Below, in pieces: positions 36,148-49,630 of a stretch of 64,000 nt of DNA. The notes below the pieces were generated by a model, which made no database searches, had not been told where the DNA came from, and saw only the letters and a list, made by a program, of their open reading frames with translations. This stretch comes from Eledone cirrhosa (Eukaryota). The translations under genes were made by a program, and so were the position numbers. The stretch covers positions 1,612,001 to 1,676,000 of the forward strand of contig OZ024744.1 in NCBI GenBank assembly GCA_964016885.1. The letters are read 5' to 3'. Numbering within the stretch: the first letter of the stretch is position 1; each line of letters starts with the position of its first letter.

Positions 36148-39100
36148 GCTATCTTTCTCTACATTGTCTTCCCCAAAACTTCGTTCTTCACCAAGCTATC
36201 TTTCACGACCTTGTCCTCCCTCAAAACGTCGTTCTTCACCAAGCTATCTTTCTCTACCTTGTCTTCCCCCAACCTTCGTTCTTCACCAAGCTATCTTTCT
36301 CTACCTTGTCTTCCCCAAAAACTTCGTTCTTCACCAAGCTATCTTTCTCTACCTCGTCTTCCCTCAAAACTTTGTTCTTCACCAAGCTATCTTTCTCTAC
36401 CTTGTCTTCCCCCAAAACTTCGTTCTTCACCAAGCTATCTTTCTCTACCTTGTCTTCCCCCAAAACTTCGTTCTTCACCAAGCTATCTTTCTCTACCTTG
36501 TCTTCCCTCAAAACGTCGTTCTTCACCAAGCTATCTTTCTCTACATTGTCTTCCCCCAAAACTTCGTTCTTCACCAAGCTATCTTTCTCTACCTTGTCTT
36601 CCCCCAAAACTTCGTTCTTCACCAAGCTATCTTTCTCTACCTCGTCTTCCCTCAAAACTTCGTTCTTCACCAAGCTATCTTTCTCTACCTTGTCTTCCCC
36701 CAAAACTTCGTTCTTCACCAAGTCATCTTTCTCTACCTTGTCTTCCCACAAAACGTCATTCTTCACCAAGCTATCGTTCTCTACCTTGTCTTCCCCCAAA
36801 CTTCGTTCTTCACCAAGCTATCTTTCTCTACCTTGTCTTCCCCAAAAACTTCGTTCTTCACCAAGCTATCTTTCTCTACCTCGTCTTCCCTCAAAACTTT
36901 GTTCTTCACCAAGCTATCTTTCTCTACCTCGTCTTCCCTCAAAACTTCGTTCTTCACCAAGCTATCTTTCTCTACCTTGTCTTCCCCTAAAACTTCGTTC
37001 TTCACCAAGCTATCTTTCTCTACCTTGTCTTCCCCCAAAACTTCGTTCTTCACCAAGCTATCTTTCTCTACCTTGTCTTCCCCCAAAACTTCGTTCTTCA
37101 CCAAGCTATCTTTCTCTACCTTGTCTTCCCTCAAAACGTCGTTCTTCACCAAGCTATCTATCTCTACCTTGTCTTCCCCCAAAACTTCGTTCTTCACCAA
37201 GCTATCTTTCTCTACCTCGTCTTCCCTCAAAACTTCGTTCTTCACCAAGCTATCTTTCTCTACCTTGTCTTCCCACAAAACGTCATTCTTCACCAAGCTA
37301 TCTTTCTCTAACTTGTCTTCCCTCAAAACGTCGTTCTTCACCAAGCTATCTTTCTCTACCTTGTCTTCCCCCAAAACTTCGTTCTTCACCAAGCTATCTT
37401 TCTCTACCTTGTCTTCCCCCAAAACTTCGTTCTTCGCAAGCTATCTTTCTCTACCTTGTCTTCCCCCAAAACTTCGTTCTTCAGCAAGCTATCTTTCTCT
37501 ACCTTGTCTTCCCACAAAACGTCGTTCTTCACCAAGCTATCTTTCTCTACCTTGTCTTCCCTCAAAACGTCGTGCTTCACCAAGCTATCTTTCTCTACCT
37601 TGTCTTCCCTCAAAACATCGTTCTTCACCAAGCTATCTTTCTCTACCTTGTCTTCTCCCAAAACTTCGTTATTCACCAAGCTATCTTTCTCTACCTTGTC
37701 TTCCCTCAAAACTTCGTTCTTCACCAAGCTATCTTTCACTACCTTGTCTTCCCCCAAAACTTCGTTCTTCACCAAGCTATCTTTCTCTACCTTGTCTTCC
37801 CCCAAAACTTCGTTCTTCACCAAGCTATCTTTCTCTACCTTGTCTTCCCTCAAAACTTCGTTCTTCACCAAGCTATCTTTCTCTACCTTGTCTTCCCCCA
37901 AAACTTCGTTCTTCACCAAGCTATCTTTCTCTACCTTGTCTTCTCCCAAAACTTCGTTATTCACCAAGCCATCTTTCTCTACCTTGTCTTCCCTCAAAAC
38001 TTCGTTCTTCACCAAGCTATCTTTCTCTACCTTGTCTTCCCCCAAAACTTCGTTCTTCACCAAGTCATCTTTCTCTACCTTGTCATCCCTCAAAACTTTG
38101 TTCTTCACCAATCTATCTTTCTCTACCTTGTCTTCCCCCAAAACTTCGTTCTTCACCAAGCTATCTTTCTCTAGCTTGTCTTCACACAAAACTTCGTTCT
38201 TCATCAAGCTATCTTTCTCTACCTTGTCTTCCCACAAAACGTCATTCTTCACCAAGCTATCTTTCTCTACCTTGTCTTCCGTCAAAACTTCGTTCTTCAC
38301 CAAGATATCTTTCTCTACCTTGTTTTCTCCCAAAACTTCGTTCTTCACCAAGCTATCTTTCTCTACCTTGTCTTCCCTCAGAACTTCGTTCTTCAACAAG
38401 CTATCTTTCTCTACCTTGTCTTCCCTCAAAACGTCGTTCTTCACCAAGCTATCTTTCTCTACCTTGCCTTCCCTCAAAACATCGTTCTTCACCAAGCTAT
38501 CTTTCTCTACCTTGTCTTCTCCCAAAACTTCGTTATTCACCAAGCTATCTTTCTCTACCTTGTCTTCCCTCAAAACTTCGTTCTTCACCAAGCTATCTTT
38601 CTCTACCTTGTCTTCCCCCAAAACTTCGTTCTTCACCAAGCTATCTTTCTCTACCTTGTCTTCCCCCAAAACTTCGTTCTTCACCAAGCTATCTTTCTCT
38701 ACCTTGTCTTTCCCCAAAACTTCTTTCTTCACCAAGTCATCTTTCTCTACCTTGTCATCCCTCAAAACTTCGTTCTTCACCAATCTATCTTTCTCTGCCT
38801 TGTCTTCCCCCAAAACTTCGTTCTTCACCAAGCTATCTTTCTCTACCTTGTCTTCACACAAAACTTCGTTCTTCACCAAGCTATCTTTCTCTACCTTGTC
38901 TTCCCACAAAACGTCATTCTTCACCAAGCTATCTTTCTCTACCTTGTCTTCCGTCAAAACTTCGTTCTTCACCAAGATATCTTTCTCTACCTTGTCTTCT
39001 CCCAAAACTTCGTTCTTCACCAAGCTATCTTTCTCTACCTTGTCTTCCCTCAGAACTTCGTTCTTCACCAAGCTATCTTTCTCTACCTTGTCTTCCCCCA

Positions 39101-42100
39101 AAACTTCTTTCTTCACCAAGCTATCTTTCTCTACATTGTCTTCCCCAAAACTTCGTTCTGCACCAAGCTATCTTTCTCTACCTTGTCTTCCCCCAAAACT
39201 TCGTTCTTCACCAAGCTCTCTTTCTCTACCTTGTCTTCCCCCAAAACTTCGTTCTTCACCAAGCTATCTTTCTCTACCTTGTCTTCCCACAAAACGTCGT
39301 TCTTCACCAAGCTATCTTTCTCTACCTTGTCTTCCCTCAAAACGTCGTTCTTCACCAAGCTATCTTTCTCTACCTTCTCTTCCCTAAAAACATCGTTCTT
39401 CACCAAGCTATCTTTCTCTACCTTGTCTTCCCTCAAAACTTCGTTCTTCACCAAGCTATCTTTCTCTACCTTGTCTTCCCCCAAAACTTCGTTCTTCACC
39501 AAGCTATCTTTCTCTACCTTGTCTTCTCCCAAAACTTCGTTATTCACCAAGCTATCTTTCTCTACCTTGTCTTCCCTCAAAACTTCGTTCTTCACCAAGC
39601 TATCTTTCTCTACCTTGTCTTCCCCCAAAACTTCGTTCTTCACCAAGTCATCTTTCTCTACCTTGTCATCCCTCAAAACTTTGTTCTTCACCAATCTATC
39701 TTTCTCTACCTTGTCTTCCCCCAAAACTTCGTTCTTCACCAAGCTATCTTTCTCTAGCTTGTCTTCACACAAAACTTCGTTCTTCACCAAGCTATCTTTC
39801 TCTACCTTGTCTTCCCACAAAACGTCATTCTTCACCAAGCTATCTTTCTCTACCTTGTCTTCCGTCAAAACTTCGTTCTTCACCAAGATATCTTTCTCTA
39901 CCTTGTCTCCTCCCAAAACTTCGTTCTTCACCAAGCTATCTTTCTCTACCTTGTCTTCCCTCAGGACTTCGTTCTTCACCAAGCTATCTTTCTCTACCTT
40001 GCCTTCCCCCAAAACTTCGTTCTTCACCAAGCTATCTTTCTCTACATTGTCTTCCCCAAAACTTCGTTCTTCACCAAGCTATCTTTCACGACCTTGTCCT
40101 CCCTCAAAACGTCGTTCTTCACCAAGCTATCTTTCTCTACCTTGTCTTCCCCCAACCTTCGTTCTTCACCAAGCTATCTTTCTCTACCTTGTCTTCCCCC
40201 AAAACTTCTTTCTTCACCAAGTCATCTTTCTCTACCTTGTCATCCCTCAAAACTTCGTTCTTCACCAATCTATCTTTCTCTGCCTTGTCTTCCCCCAAAA
40301 CTTCGTTCTTCACCAAGCTATCTTTCTCTACCTTGTCTTCACACAAAACTTCGTTCTTCACCAAGCTATCTTTCTCTACCTTGTCTTCCCACAAAACGTC
40401 ATTCTTCACCAAGCTATCTTTCTCTACCTTGTCTTCCGTCAAAACTTCGTTCTTCACCAAGATATCTTTCTCTACCTTGTCTTCTCCCAAAACTTCGTTC
40501 TTCACCAAGCTATCTTTCTCTACCTTGTCTTCCCTCAAAACGTCGTTCTTCACCAAGCTATCTTTCTCTACCTTGTCTTCCCTCAAAACATCGTTCTTCA
40601 CCAAGCTATCTTTCTCTACCTTGTCTTCTCCCAAAACTTCGTTATTCACCAAGCTATCTTTCTCTACCTTGTCTTCCCTCAAAACTTCGTTCTTCACCAA
40701 GCTATCTTTCTCTACCTTGTCTTCCCCCAAAACTTCGTTCTTCACCAAGCTATCTTTCTCTACCTTGTCTTCCCCCAAAACTTCGTTCTTCACCAAGCTA
40801 TCTTTCTCTAGCTTGTCTTCACACAAAACTTCGTTCTTCACCAAGCTATCTTTCTCTACCTTGTCTTCCCACAAAACGTCATTCTTCACCAAGCTATCTT
40901 TCTCTACCTTGTCTTCCGTCGAAACTTCGTTCTTCACCAAGATATCTTTCTCTACCTTGTTTTCTCCCAAAACTTCGTTCTTCACCAAGCTATCTTTATC
41001 TAGCTTGTCTTCACACAAAACTTCGTTCTTCACCAAGCTATCTTTCTCTACCTTGTCTTCCCACAAAACGTCATTCTTCACCAAGCTATCTCTCTCTACC
41101 TTGTCTTCCGTCGAAACTTCGTTCTTCACCAAGATATCTTTCTCTACATTGTTTTCTCCCAAAACTTCGTTCTTCAACAAGCTATCTTTCTCTACCTTGT
41201 CTTCCCTCAGAACTTCGTTCTTCAACAAGCTATCTTTCTCTACCTTGTCTTCCCTCAAAACGTCGTTCTTCACCAAGCTATCTTTCTCTACCTTGCCTTC
41301 CCTCAAAACATCGTTCTTCACCAAGCTATCTTTCTCTACCTTGTCTTCTCCCAAAACTTCGTTATTCACCAAGCTATCTTTCTCTACCTTGTCTTCCCTC
41401 AAAACTTCGTTCTTCACCAAGCTATCTTTCTCTACCTTGTCTTCCCCCAAAACTTTGTTCTTCACCAAGCTATCTTTCTCTACCTTGTCTTCCCCCAAAA
41501 CTTCGTTCTTCACCAAGCTATCTTTCTCTACCTTGTCTTTCCCCAAAACTTCTTTCTTCACCAAGTCATCTTTCTCTACCTTGTCATCCCTCAAAACTTC
41601 GTTCTTCACCAATCTATCTTTCTCTGCCTTGTCTTCCCCCAAAACTTCGTTCTTCACCAAGCTATCTTTCTCTACCTTGTCTTCACACAAAACTTCGTTC
41701 TTCACCAAGCTATCTTTCTCTACCTTGTCTTCCCACAAAACGTCATTCTTCACCAAGCTATCTTTCTCTACCTTGTCTTCCGTCAAAACTTCGTTCTTCA
41801 CCAAGATATCTTTCTCTACCTTGTCTTCTCCCAAAACTTCGTTCTTCACCAAGCTATCTTTCTCTACCTTGTCTTCCCTCAGAACTTCGTTCTTCACCAA
41901 GCTATCTTTCTCTACCTTGTCTTCCCCCAAAACTTCGTTCTTCACCAAGCTATCTTTCTCTACCTTGTCTTTCATCAAAACGTCGTTCTTCACCAAGCTC
42001 TCTTTCTCTACCTTGTCTTCCCCCAAAACTTCGTTCTTCACCAAGCTATCTTTCTCTACCTTGTCTTCCCACAAAACGTCGTTCTTCACCAAGCTATCTT

Positions 42101-45100
42101 TCTCTACCTTGTCTTCCCTCAAAACGTCGTTCTTCACCAAGCTATCTTTCTCTACCTTCTCTTCCCTCAAAACATCGTTCTTCACCAAGCTATCTTTCTC
42201 TACCTTGTCTTCCCTCAAAACTTCGTTCTTCACCAAGCTATCTTTCTCTACCTTGTCTTCCCCCAAAACTTCGTTCTTCACCAAGCTATCTTTCTCTACC
42301 TTGTCTTCTCCCAAAACTTCGTTATTCACCAAGCTATCTTTCTCTACCTTGTCTTCCCTCAAAACTTCGTTCTTCACCAAGCTATCTTTCTCTACCTTGT
42401 CTTCCCCCAAAACTTCGTTCTTCACCAAGTCATCTTTCTCTACCTTGTCATCCCTCAAAACTTTGTTCTTCACCAATCTATCTTTCTCTACCTTGTCTTC
42501 CCCCAAAACTTCGTTCTTCACCAAGCTATCTTTCTCTAGCTTGTCTTCACACAAAACTTCGTTCTTCACCAAGCTATCTTTCTCTACCTTGTCTTCCCAC
42601 AAAACGTCATTCTTCACCAAGCTATCTTTCTCTACCTTGTCTTCCGTCAAAACTTCGTTCTTCACCAAGATATCTTTCTCTACCTTGTCTCCTCCCAAAA
42701 CTTCGTTCTTCACCAAGCTATCTTTCTCTACCTTGTCTTCCCCCAAAACTTCGTTCTTCACCAAGCTATCTTTCTCTACATTGTCTTCCCCAAAACTTCG
42801 TTCTTCACCAAGCTATCTTTCACGACCTTGTCCTCCCTCAAAACGTCGTTCTTCACCAAGCTATCTTTCTCTACCTTGTCTTCCCCCAACCTTCGTTCTT
42901 CACCAAGCTATCTTTCTCTACCTTGTCTTCCCCCAAAACTTCGTTCTTCACCAAGCTATCTTTCTCTACCTCGTCTTCCCTCAAAACTTTGTTCTTCACC
43001 AAGCTATCTTTCTCTACCTTGTCTTCCCCCAAAACTTCGTTCTTCACCAAGCTATCTTTCTCTACCTTGTCTTCCCCCAAAACTTCGTTCTTCACCAAGC
43101 TATCTTTCTCTACCTTGTCTTCCCTCAAAACGTCGTTCTTCACCAAGCTATCTTTCTCTACATTGTCTTCCCCCAAAACTTCGTTCTTCACCAAGCTATC
43201 TTTCTCTACCTTGTCTTCCCCCAAAACTTCGTTCTTCACCAAGCTATCTTTCTCTACCTCGTCTTCCCTCAAAACTTCGTTCTTCACCAAGCTATCTTTC
43301 TCTACCTTGTCTTCCCCCAAAACTTCGTTCTTCACCAAGTCATCTTTCTCTACCTTGTCTTCCCACAAAACGTCATTCTTCACCAAGCTATCTTTCTCTA
43401 CCTTGTCTTCCCCCAAACTTCGTTCTTCACCAAGCTATCTTTCTCTACCTTGTCTTCCCCAAAAACTTCGTTCTTCACCAAGCTATCTTTCTCTACCTCG
43501 TCTTCCCTCAAAACTTTGTTCTTCACCAAGCTATCTTTCTCTACCTCGTCTTCCCTCAAAACTTCGTTCTTCACCAAGCTATCTTTCTCTACCTTGTCTT
43601 CCCCTAAAACTTCGTTCTTCACCAAGCTATCTTTCTCTACCTTGTCTTCCCCCAAAACTTCGTTCTTCACCAAGCTATCTTTCTCTACCTTGTCTTCCCC
43701 CAAAACTTCGTTCTTCACCAAGCTATCTTTCTCTACCTTGTCTTCCCTCAAAACGTCGTTCTTCACCAAGCTATCTATCTCTACCTTGTCTTCCCCCAAA
43801 ACTTCGTTCTTCACCAAGCTATCTTTCTCTACCTCGTCTTCCCTCAAAACTTCGTTCTTCACCAAGCTATCTTTCTCTACCTTGTCTTCCCACAAAACGT
43901 CATTCTTCACCAAGCTATCTTTCTCTAACTTGTCTTCCCTCAAAACGTCGTTCTTCACCAAGCTATCTTTCTCTACCTTGTCTTCCCCCAAAACTTCGTT
44001 CTTCACCAAGCTATCTTTCTCTACCTTGTCTTCCCCCAAAACTTCGTTCTTCGCAAGCTATCTTTCTCTACCTTGTCTTCCCCCAAAACTTCGTTCTTCA
44101 GCAAGCTATCTTTCTCTACCTTGTCTTCCCACAAAACGTCGTTCTTCACCAAGCTATCTTTCTCTACCTTGTCTTCCCTCAAAACGTCGTGCTTCACCAA
44201 GCTATCTTTCTCTACCTTGTCTTCCCTCAAAACATCGTTCTTCACCAAGCTATCTTTCTCTACCTTGTCTTCTCCCAAAACTTCGTTATTCACCAAGCTA
44301 TCTTTCTCTACCTTGTCTTCCCTCAAAACTTCGTTCTTCACCAAGCTATCTTTCACTACCTTGTCTTCCCCCAAAACTTCGTTCTTCACCAAGCTATCTT
44401 TCTCTACCTTGTCTTCCCCCAAAACTTCGTTCTTCACCAAGCTATCTTTCTCTACCTTGTCTTCCCTCAAAACTTCGTTCTTCACCAAGCTATCTTTCTC
44501 TACCTTGTCTTCCCCCAAAACTTCGTTCTTCACCAAGCTATCTTTCTCTACCTTGTCTTCTCCCAAAACTTCGTTATTCACCAAGCCATCTTTCTCTACC
44601 TTGTCTTCCCTCAAAACTTCGTTCTTCACCAAGCTATCTTTCTCTACCTTGTCTTCCCCCAAAACTTCGTTCTTCACCAAGTCATCTTTCTCTACCTTGT
44701 CATCCCTCAAAACTTTGTTCTTCACCAATCTATCTTTCTCTACCTTGTCTTCCCCCAAAACTTCGTTCTTCACCAAGCTATCTTTCTCTAGCTTGTCTTC
44801 ACACAAAACTTCGTTCTTCATCAAGCTATCTTTCTCTACCTTGTCTTCCCACAAAACGTCATTCTTCACCAAGCTATCTTTCTCTACCTTGTCTTCCGTC
44901 AAAACTTCGTTCTTCACCAAGATATCTTTCTCTACCTTGTTTTCTCCCAAAACTTCGTTCTTCACCAAGCTATCTTTCTCTACCTTGTCTTCCCTCAGAA
45001 CTTCGTTCTTCAACAAGCTATCTTTCTCTACCTTGTCTTCCCTCAAAACGTCGTTCTTCACCAAGCTATCTTTCTCTACCTTGCCTTCCCTCAAAACATC

Positions 45101-46822
45101 GTTCTTCACCAAGCTATCTTTCTCTACCTTGTCTTCTCCCAAAACTTCGTTATTCACCAAGCTATCTTTCTCTACCTTGTCTTCCCTCAAAACTTCGTTC
45201 TTCACCAAGCTATCTTTCTCTACCTTGTCTTCCCCCAAAACTTCGTTCTTCACCAAGCTATCTTTCTCTACCTTGTCTTCCCCCAAAACTTCGTTCTTCA
45301 CCAAGCTATCTTTCTCTACCTTGTCTTTCCCCAAAACTTCTTTCTTCACCAAGTCATCTTTCTCTACCTTGTCATCCCTCAAAACTTCGTTCTTCACCAA
45401 TCTATCTTTCTCTGCCTTGTCTTCCCCCAAAACTTCGTTCTTCACCAAGCTATCTTTCTCTACCTTGTCTTCACACAAAACTTCGTTCTTCACCAAGCTA
45501 TCTTTCTCTACCTTGTCTTCCCACAAAACGTCATTCTTCACCAAGCTATCTTTCTCTACCTTGTCTTCCGTCAAAACTTCGTTCTTCACCAAGATATCTT
45601 TCTCTACCTTGTCTTCTCCCAAAACTTCGTTCTTCACCAAGCTATCTTTCTCTACCTTGTCTTCCCTCAGAACTTCGTTCTTCACCAAGCTATCTTTCTC
45701 TACCTTGTCTTCCCCCAAAACTTCGTTCTTCACCAAGCTATCTTTCTCTACATTGTCTTCCCCAAAACTTCGTTCTGCACCAAGCTATCTTTCTCTACCT
45801 TGTCTTCCCCCAAAACTTCGTTCTTCACCAAGCTCTCTTTCTCTACCTTGTCTTCCCCCAAAACTTCGTTCTTCACCAAGCTATCTTTCTCTACCTTGTC
45901 TTCCCACAAAACGTCGTTCTTCACCAAGCTATCTTTCTCTACCTTGTCTTCCCTCAAAACGTCGTTCTTCACCAAGCTATCTTTCTCTACCTTCTCTTCC
46001 CTCAAAACATCGTTCTTCACCAAGCTATCTTTCTCTACCTTGTCTTCCCTCAAAACTTCGTTCTTCACCAAGCTATCTTTCTCTACCTTGTCTTCCCCCA
46101 AAACTTCGTTCTTCACCAAGCTATCTTTCTCTACCTTGTCTTCTCCCAAAACTTCGTTATTCACCAAGCTATCTTTCTCTACCTTGTCTTCCCTCAAAAC
46201 TTCGTTCTTCACCAAGCTATCTTTCTCTACCTTGTCTTCCCCCAAAACTTCGTTCTTCACCAAGTCATCTTTCTCTACCTTGTCATCCCTCAAAACTTTG
46301 TTCTTCACCAATCTATCTTTCTCTACCTTGTCTTCCCCCAAAACTTCGTTCTTCACCAAGCTATCTTTCTCTAGCTTGTCTTCACACAAAACTTCGTTCT
46401 TCACCAAGCTATCTTTCTCTACCTTGTCTTCCCACAAAACGTCATTCTTCACCAAGCTATCTTTCTCTACCTTGTCTTCCGTCAAAACTTCGTTCTTCAC
46501 CAAGATATCTTTCTCTACCTTGTCTCCTCCCAAAACTTCGTTCTTCACCAAGCTATCTTTCTCTACCTTGTCTTCCCTCAGGACTTCGTTCTTCACCAAG
46601 CTATCTTTCTCTACCTTGCCTTCCCCCAAAACTTCGTTCTTCACCAAGCTATCTTTCTCTACATTGTCTTCCCCAAAACTTCGTTCTTCACCAAGCTATC
46701 TTTCACGACCTTGTCCTCCCTCAAAACGTCGTTCTTCACCAAGCTATCTTTCTCTACCTTGTCTTCCCCCAACCTTCGTTCTTCACCAAGCTATCTTTCT
46801 CTACCTTGTCTTCCCCCAAAAC
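33545..46822. repeat. Near-perfect 6617-bp tandem duplication (138 monomers, seven of them 47 bp)
   Basis: ORF pairs 36254/42871, 36781/43398, 37404/44021 and 39131/45748 are all offset by 6617 = 138x48 - 7. Shared private variants include CGTCGTGCTT, TTCATCAAG, TTCTGCACC and CTCAGGAC. Confidence 0.95.
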
Positions 46823-49630
46823 TTCGTTCTTCACCAAGCTATCTTTCTCTACCTTGTCTTCCCTCAAAACTTTGTTCTTCACCAAGCTATCTTTCTCTAC
46901 CTTGTCTTCCCCCAAAACTTCGTTCTTCACCAAGCTATCTTTCTCTACCTTGTCTTCCCCCAAAACTTCGTTCTTCACCAAGCTATCTTTCTCTACCTTG
47001 TCTTCCCTCAAAACGTCGTTCTTCACCAAGCTATCTTTCTCTACATTGTCTTCCCCCAAAACTTCGTTCTTCACCAAGCTATCTTTCTCTACCTTGTCTT
47101 CCCCCAAAACTTCGTTCTTCACCAAGCTATCTTTCTCTACCTCGTCTTCCCTCAAAACTTCGTTCTTCACCAAGCTATCTTTCTCTACCTTGTCTTCCCC
47201 CAAAACTTCGTTCTTCACCAAGTCATCTTTCTCTACCTTGTCTTCCCACAAAACGTCATTCTTCACCAAGCTATCTTTCTCTACCTTGTCTTCCCCCAAA
47301 CTTCGTTCTTCACCAAGCTATCTTTCTCTACCTTGTCTTCCCCAAAAACTTCGTTCTTCACCAAGCTATCTTTCTCTACCTCGTCTTCCCTCAAAACTTT
47401 GTTCTTCACCAAGCTATCTTTCTCTACCTCGTCTTCCCTCAAAACTTCGTTCTTCACCAAGCTATCTTTCTCTACCTTGTCTTCCCCTAAAACTTCGTTC
47501 TTCACCAAGCTATCTTTCTCTACCTTGTCTTCCCCCAAAACTTCGTTCTTCACCAAGCTATCTTTCTCTACCTTGTCTTCCCCCAAAACTTCGTTCTTCA
47601 CCAAGCTATCTTTCTCTACCTTGTCTTCCCTCAAAACGTCGTTCTTCACCAAGCTATCTATCTCTACCTTGTCTTCCGCCAAAACTTCGTTCTTCACCAA
47701 GCTATCTTTCTCTACCTCGTCTTCCCTCAAAACTTCGCTCTTCACCAAGCTATCTTTCTCTACCTTGTCTTCCCACAAAACGTCATTCTTCACCAAGCTA
47801 TCTTTCTCTAACTTGTCTTCCCTCAAAACGTCGTTCTTCACCAAGCTATCTTTCTCTACCTTGTCTTCCCCCAAAACTTCGTTCTTCACCAAGCTATCTT
47901 TCTCTACCTTGTCTTCCCCCAAAACTTCGTTCTTCGCAAGCTATCTTTCTCTACCTTGTCTTCCCCCAAAACTTCGTTCTTCAGCAAGCTATCTTTCTCT
48001 ACCTTGTCTTCCCACAAAACGTCGTTCTTCACCAAGCTATCTTTCTCTGCCTTGTCTTCCCTCAAAACGTCGTTCTTCACCAAGCTATCTTTCTCTACCT
48101 TGTCTTCTCCCAAAACTTCGTTATTCACCAAGCTATCTTTCTCTACCTTGTCTTCCCTCAAAACTTCGTTCTTCACCAAGCTATCTTTCACTACCTTGTC
48201 TTCCCCCAAAACTTCGTTCTTCACCAAGCTATCTTTCTCTACCTTGTCTTCCCCCAAAACTTCGTTCTTCACCAAGCTATCTTTCTCTACCTTGTCTTCC
48301 CTCAAAACTTCGTTCTTCACCAAGCTATCTTTCTCTACCTTGTCTTCCCCCAAAACTTCGTTCTTCACCAAGCTATCTTTCTCTACCTTGTCTTCTCCCA
48401 AAACTTCGTTATTCACCAAGCCATCTTTCTCTACCTTGTCTTCCCTCAAAACTTCGTTCTTCACCAAGCTATCTTTCTCTACCTTGTCTTCCCCCAAAAC
48501 TTCGTTCTTCACCAAGTCATCTTTCTCTACCTTGTCATCCCTCAAAACTTTGTTCTTCACCAATCTATCTTTCTCTACCTTGTCTTCCCCCAAAACTTCG
48601 TTCTTCACCAAGCTATCTTTCTCTAGCTTGTCTTCACACAAAACTTCGTTCTTCACCAAGCTATCTTTCTCTACCTTGTCTTCCCACAAAACGTCATTCT
48701 TCACCAAGCTATCTTTCTCTACCTTGTCTTCCGTCAAAACTTCGTTCTTCACCAAGATATCTTTCTCTACCTTGTTTACTCCCAAAACTTCGTTCTTCAC
48801 CAAGCTATCTTTCTCTACCTTGTCTTCCCTCAGAACTTCGTTCTTCAACAAGCTATCTTTCTCTACCTTGTCTTCCCTCAAAACGTCGTTCTTCACCAAG
48901 CTATCTTTCTCTACCTTGCCTTCCCTCAAAACATCGTTCTTCACCAAGCTATCTTTCTCTACCTTGTCTTCTACCAAAACTTCGTTATTCACCAAGCTAT
49001 CTTTCTCTACCTTGTCTTCCCTCAAAACTTCGTTCTTCACCAAGCTATCTTTCTCTACCTTGTCTTCCCCCAAAACTTCGTTCTTCACCAAGCTATCTTT
49101 CTCTACCTTGTCTTCCCCCAAAACTTCGTTCTTCACCAAGCTATCTTTCTCTACCTTGTCTTTCCCCAAAACTTCTTTCTTCACCAAGTCATCTTTCTCT
49201 ACCTTGTCATCCCTCAAAACTTCGTTCTTCACCAATCTATCTTTCTCTGCCTTGTCTTCCCCCAAAACTTCGTTCTTCACCAAGCTATCTTTCTCTACCT
49301 TGTCTTCACACAAAACTTCGTTCTTCACCAAGCTATCTTTCTCTACCTTGTCTTCCCACAAAACGTCATTCTTCACCAAGCTATCTTTCTCTACCTTGTC
49401 TTCCGTCAAAACTTCGTTCTTCACCAAGATATCTTTCTCTACCTTGTCTTCTCCCAAAACTTCGTTCTTCACCAAGCTATCTTTCTCTACCTTGTCTTCC
49501 CTCAGAACTTCGTTCTTCACCAAGCTATCTTTCTCTACCTTGTCTTACCCCAAAACTTCGTTCTTCACCAAGCTATCTTTCTCTACATTGTCTTCCCCAA
49601 AACTTCGTTCTTCACCAAGCTATCTTTCTC
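42778..49630. repeat. Tandem 81-monomer unit, period 3883 bp (second copy one monomer shorter and more diverged)
   Basis: Markers at 42778/46661 and 44051/47934, and ORFs 42871/46754 and 43398/47281, are offset by 3883 = 81x48 - 5. Markers at 45750/49585 are offset by 3835. The same 3883 spacing is seen at 36161/40044. Confidence 0.88.
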
